Below are positions 22,539-24,353 of a stretch of 24,353 bases of DNA, piece after piece. The notes under the pieces were generated by a model that made no database searches, was not told the origin of the DNA, and worked only from the letters and a program-made list of their open reading frames with translations. Each line of letters begins with the position of its first letter. Position 1 is the first letter of the stretch. Where the stretch lies: contig CAZKXF010000001.1 of the NCBI GenBank assembly GCA_964556805.1, positions 1 to 24,353 on the forward strand, read 5' to 3'. The DNA is from an uncultured Candidatus Saccharibacteria bacterium. Its GTDB lineage: Bacteria; Patescibacteriota; Minisyncoccia; Phycocordibacterales; UBA918. The position numbers and the translations under genes were made by a program.

Positions 22539-22581
22539 GGGTAGGGGTGTGGTACACCCCTGCTCGGCCTTTTTTGTTTTT
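22539..22581 (+). terminator. Intrinsic terminator
   Basis: GGGT-AGGGGTGT-GGT-ACACCCCT-GCTC hairpin followed by GGCC-TTTTTTGTTTTT. Confidence 0.7.
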
Positions 22582-22592
22582 CGAGAGCCGTA

Positions 22593-22621
22593 TTGCCATG
22601 TGCGGCTTATTTTGATATAGT
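22593..22621 (+). promoter_or_regulatory. Promoter of rpmF
   Basis: TTGCCA-N17-TATAGT with extended TGn. Confidence 0.65.
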
Positions 22622-22630
22622 CTTGCCACT

Positions 22631-23026
22631 ATGGTTATCCGAATGCGCCACAACCGCTCTCAGACGCGTCAGCGTCGGAGCCACCACGCCCTCAAAGAGG
22701 CGAATTTTTCAACCTGCACCAACTGCCAGGCCCTGCATCGCCCGCACCACATGTGCCTCTCCTGCGGCTTCTACAAAGGTCGCCAGGTGATGGATCTCGC
22801 AGCTGAGAAAGCAAAGCGCGATGCGCGCCTCAAGGCAAAGCGCGAGCGAATCGAAGGTGATGTTGGCGTGCCGGGAGAAGTATCGGCGCAGGCGCCTGCA
22901 GGTGCTCCTCAGCCCGTGGTGGATGAAAAGAAGCCGGCGCGCGCGGAAGCTCGTGCCGCAAAGGCGAAAGCCTCTGCAGTCAAGCGACAGGACTTTGCGC
23001 CACCGCGCACCGATGGGGGACAGTAG
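22631..23026 (+). CDS. rpmF: 50S ribosomal protein L32 with long C-terminal extension
   Basis: RRSHHAL, CTNC...HHMCLSCGFYKGRQV zinc-type L32 core (residues 1-56) plus 75 extra residues. Confidence 0.93.
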   Translation: MVIRMRHNRSQTRQRRSHHALKEANFSTCTNCQALHRPHHMCLSCGFYKGRQVMDLAAEKAKRDARLKAKRERIEGDVGVPGEVSAQAPAGAPQPVVDEKKPARAEARAAKAKASAVKRQDFAPPRTDGGQ

Positions 23027-23040
23027 CGGACAATCCCCAG

Positions 23041-23064
23041 AACGCCCCGCCTGTGCGGGGCGTT
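23041..23064 (+). terminator. Hairpin between rpmF and nusB (weak terminator or processing site)
   Basis: AACGCCCCGC-CTGT-GCGGGGCGTT, 10 bp, only a short T tract. Confidence 0.5.
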
Positions 23065-23107
23065 TGTAGAGGGAAGTGGTAGGATAGAGACAGTCTCGAA
23101 GACTGGT

Positions 23108-24013
23108 ATGGCAAATCGGCACCTCTCACGAAGCATCGTTCTTCAATCCCTCTTTGAGTGGGACATTCAGTCGTTGGAAAAAAATGCCGTCCAGAGCGTG
23201 CTCGAGCGAAACATCGATGAGTTTGCGCCGAACCGATCGGACCTCCCCTTCATGGAGCGCCTCCTCGACGGCGTTCTGCAAAAGCAGAAAGAGCTCGACC
23301 TCGTGATCGAGAAGGCGGCTCCCGAGTGGCCGCTCGACCGCATTTCTCCGGTCGACCGTAACATTCTCCGCCTCGGGCTCTACGAGCTCCTCTTTGCCGA
23401 TCGCAGCGAGGTGCCGGCAAAGGTTGCCATCAACGAGGCGATCGAGCTCGCCAAGCAGTTTGGCGGCGAGAACTCAAGCCGATTCATAAACGGCGTGCTC
23501 GGCGCCGTGTACAAAGAGATCGGCGAGCCGGGCAAGAGCGAGAGCTCGAAGCGCAAACGGAAAGACGTGCCGTACGAGCAGATGCCGATTGAACACCTCG
23601 TGGGCGCTGTGGTGTACGCCGAAGAGGGCGGCGATCTCTACCTCGCGCTCGTCCATGACATCTTTGGCCACTGGACCCTCTCCAAGGGCGGCGTCGAAGA
23701 GGGCGAAGACCTAGCCGATGCAGTGGTTGGTGAAATCAAAGATGAGCTCGGTCTCTCGGTTGTCGTTGAAGCGAAACTTGGTGAAAACGAGTATGTAGCT
23801 TCTGATCCTGAGAAAGGAAAGAAGCGTAAGCATGTGACCTACTTCCTCGCCCGTACCGAGTACACTGAGCTCGTGCTTGAAAAGAAAGGGGGCCTCGACG
23901 ATGCACAGTGGTTTAAAATATCGAAGATCCTCGAACTCAATTTCTATGAGGACATTCTCCCTATTGTCACGAAGGCCGTGACCATGCTTGTCGGAAAGGG
24001 AAGAACGTCGTAG
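23108..24013 (+). CDS. nusB: Transcription antitermination factor NusB fused to a C-terminal NUDIX-fold domain
   Basis: Residues 1-140: RHLSRSIVLQSLFEWD, DRNILRLGLYEL, AINEAIELAKQFG, RFINGVLG. Residues about 161-301: NUDIX-like strands and box GGVEEGEDLADAVVGEIKDELGL. Confidence 0.9.
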   Translation: MANRHLSRSIVLQSLFEWDIQSLEKNAVQSVLERNIDEFAPNRSDLPFMERLLDGVLQKQKELDLVIEKAAPEWPLDRISPVDRNILRLGLYELLFADRSEVPAKVAINEAIELAKQFGGENSSRFINGVLGAVYKEIGEPGKSESSKRKRKDVPYEQMPIEHLVGAVVYAEEGGDLYLALVHDIFGHWTLSKGGVEEGEDLADAVVGEIKDELGLSVVVEAKLGENEYVASDPEKGKKRKHVTYFLARTEYTELVLEKKGGLDDAQWFKISKILELNFYEDILPIVTKAVTMLVGKGRTS

Positions 24014-24022
24014 ACTCGGCAT

Positions 24023-24353
24023 ATGCTAGAGACAGAGGGAAAGCTGCAGAAACTCCAGGAACACCTCGGGGTGACGTTTTCTGATACCCAGTACTTGCTC
24101 TCAGCGATCACGCACCGCTCCTTTCTCAATGAGAATAAGGATGCAACCCAGGCGCACAATGAACGGCTCGAATTTTTAGGCGACGCGGTGCTCGAGCTCG
24201 TGGTCACCGACCACCTCTTCCATGCCTATCCTGAAAAAGCGGAAGGTGAGCTCACGGCCATCCGCGCTGCCCTCGTGAATACAAATACGCTCTCAGAGAC
24301 CGCAACAGCGCTCGGCATCAACGACTACCTCCTCCTCTCGAAAGGAGAATCGA
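24023..24353 (+). CDS. rnc: Ribonuclease III, 5' part (runs off the window; absent from the ORF track)
   Basis: Hand translation from ATG 24023 gives AITHRSF and the signature HNERLEFLGDAVLELVV, then EGELTAIRAALVN. Confidence 0.95.
   Translation, partial: MLETEGKLQKLQEHLGVTFSDTQYLLSAITHRSFLNENKDATQAHNERLEFLGDAVLELVVTDHLFHAYPEKAEGELTAIRAALVNTNTLSETATALGINDYLLLSKGES

Noticed and set aside
22143-22630. RNase P RNA, tmRNA or SRP RNA in the rnhB-rpmF gap
   Set aside because: No GAGGAAAGTCC or CAGAA..CGGCTTA RNase P boxes, no tRNA-like tmRNA ends and no SRP helix-8 motif on either strand by eye; a divergent RNA cannot be excluded without Infernal.

Overview
Chromosomal window of a GC-rich, genome-streamlined bacterium, most likely Patescibacteria/CPR (Parcubacteria-like). 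This is inferred from the rpmF-nusB-rnc order, the domain-reduced PheRS and ThrRS, the sortase and the Cys-rich Ig-repeat surface proteins. Genetic code 11. Housekeeping genes: 3' part of a tRNA (probably Thr), pheS, pheT, gyrB, thrS, dnaE, rnhB, rpmF, nusB fused to a NUDIX domain, and partial rnc. A cell-surface/accessory block at about 8.0-16.5 kb holds a membrane-anchored Ig/CARDB-like protein, a sortase, an interrupted exported protein, three unknown exported proteins (Sec, Tat and lipoprotein signals) under two near-identical promoters, and an 846-aa Ig-repeat protein with IPYTG + TM + a long cytoplasmic tail. Best signals: (1) a complete T-box antiterminator/terminator switch upstream of thrS, with an apparently very short Stem I carrying an ACC (Thr) loop; (2) thrS lacks its editing domain and is broken by one in-frame TAA; (3) a sortase/IPYTG pair with a non-canonical substrate; (4) the Sec/Tat/lipoprotein cassette; (5) the NusB-NUDIX fusion. 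No CRISPR array, integrase or transposase seen. All calls are from reading motifs by eye; no database searches were run.
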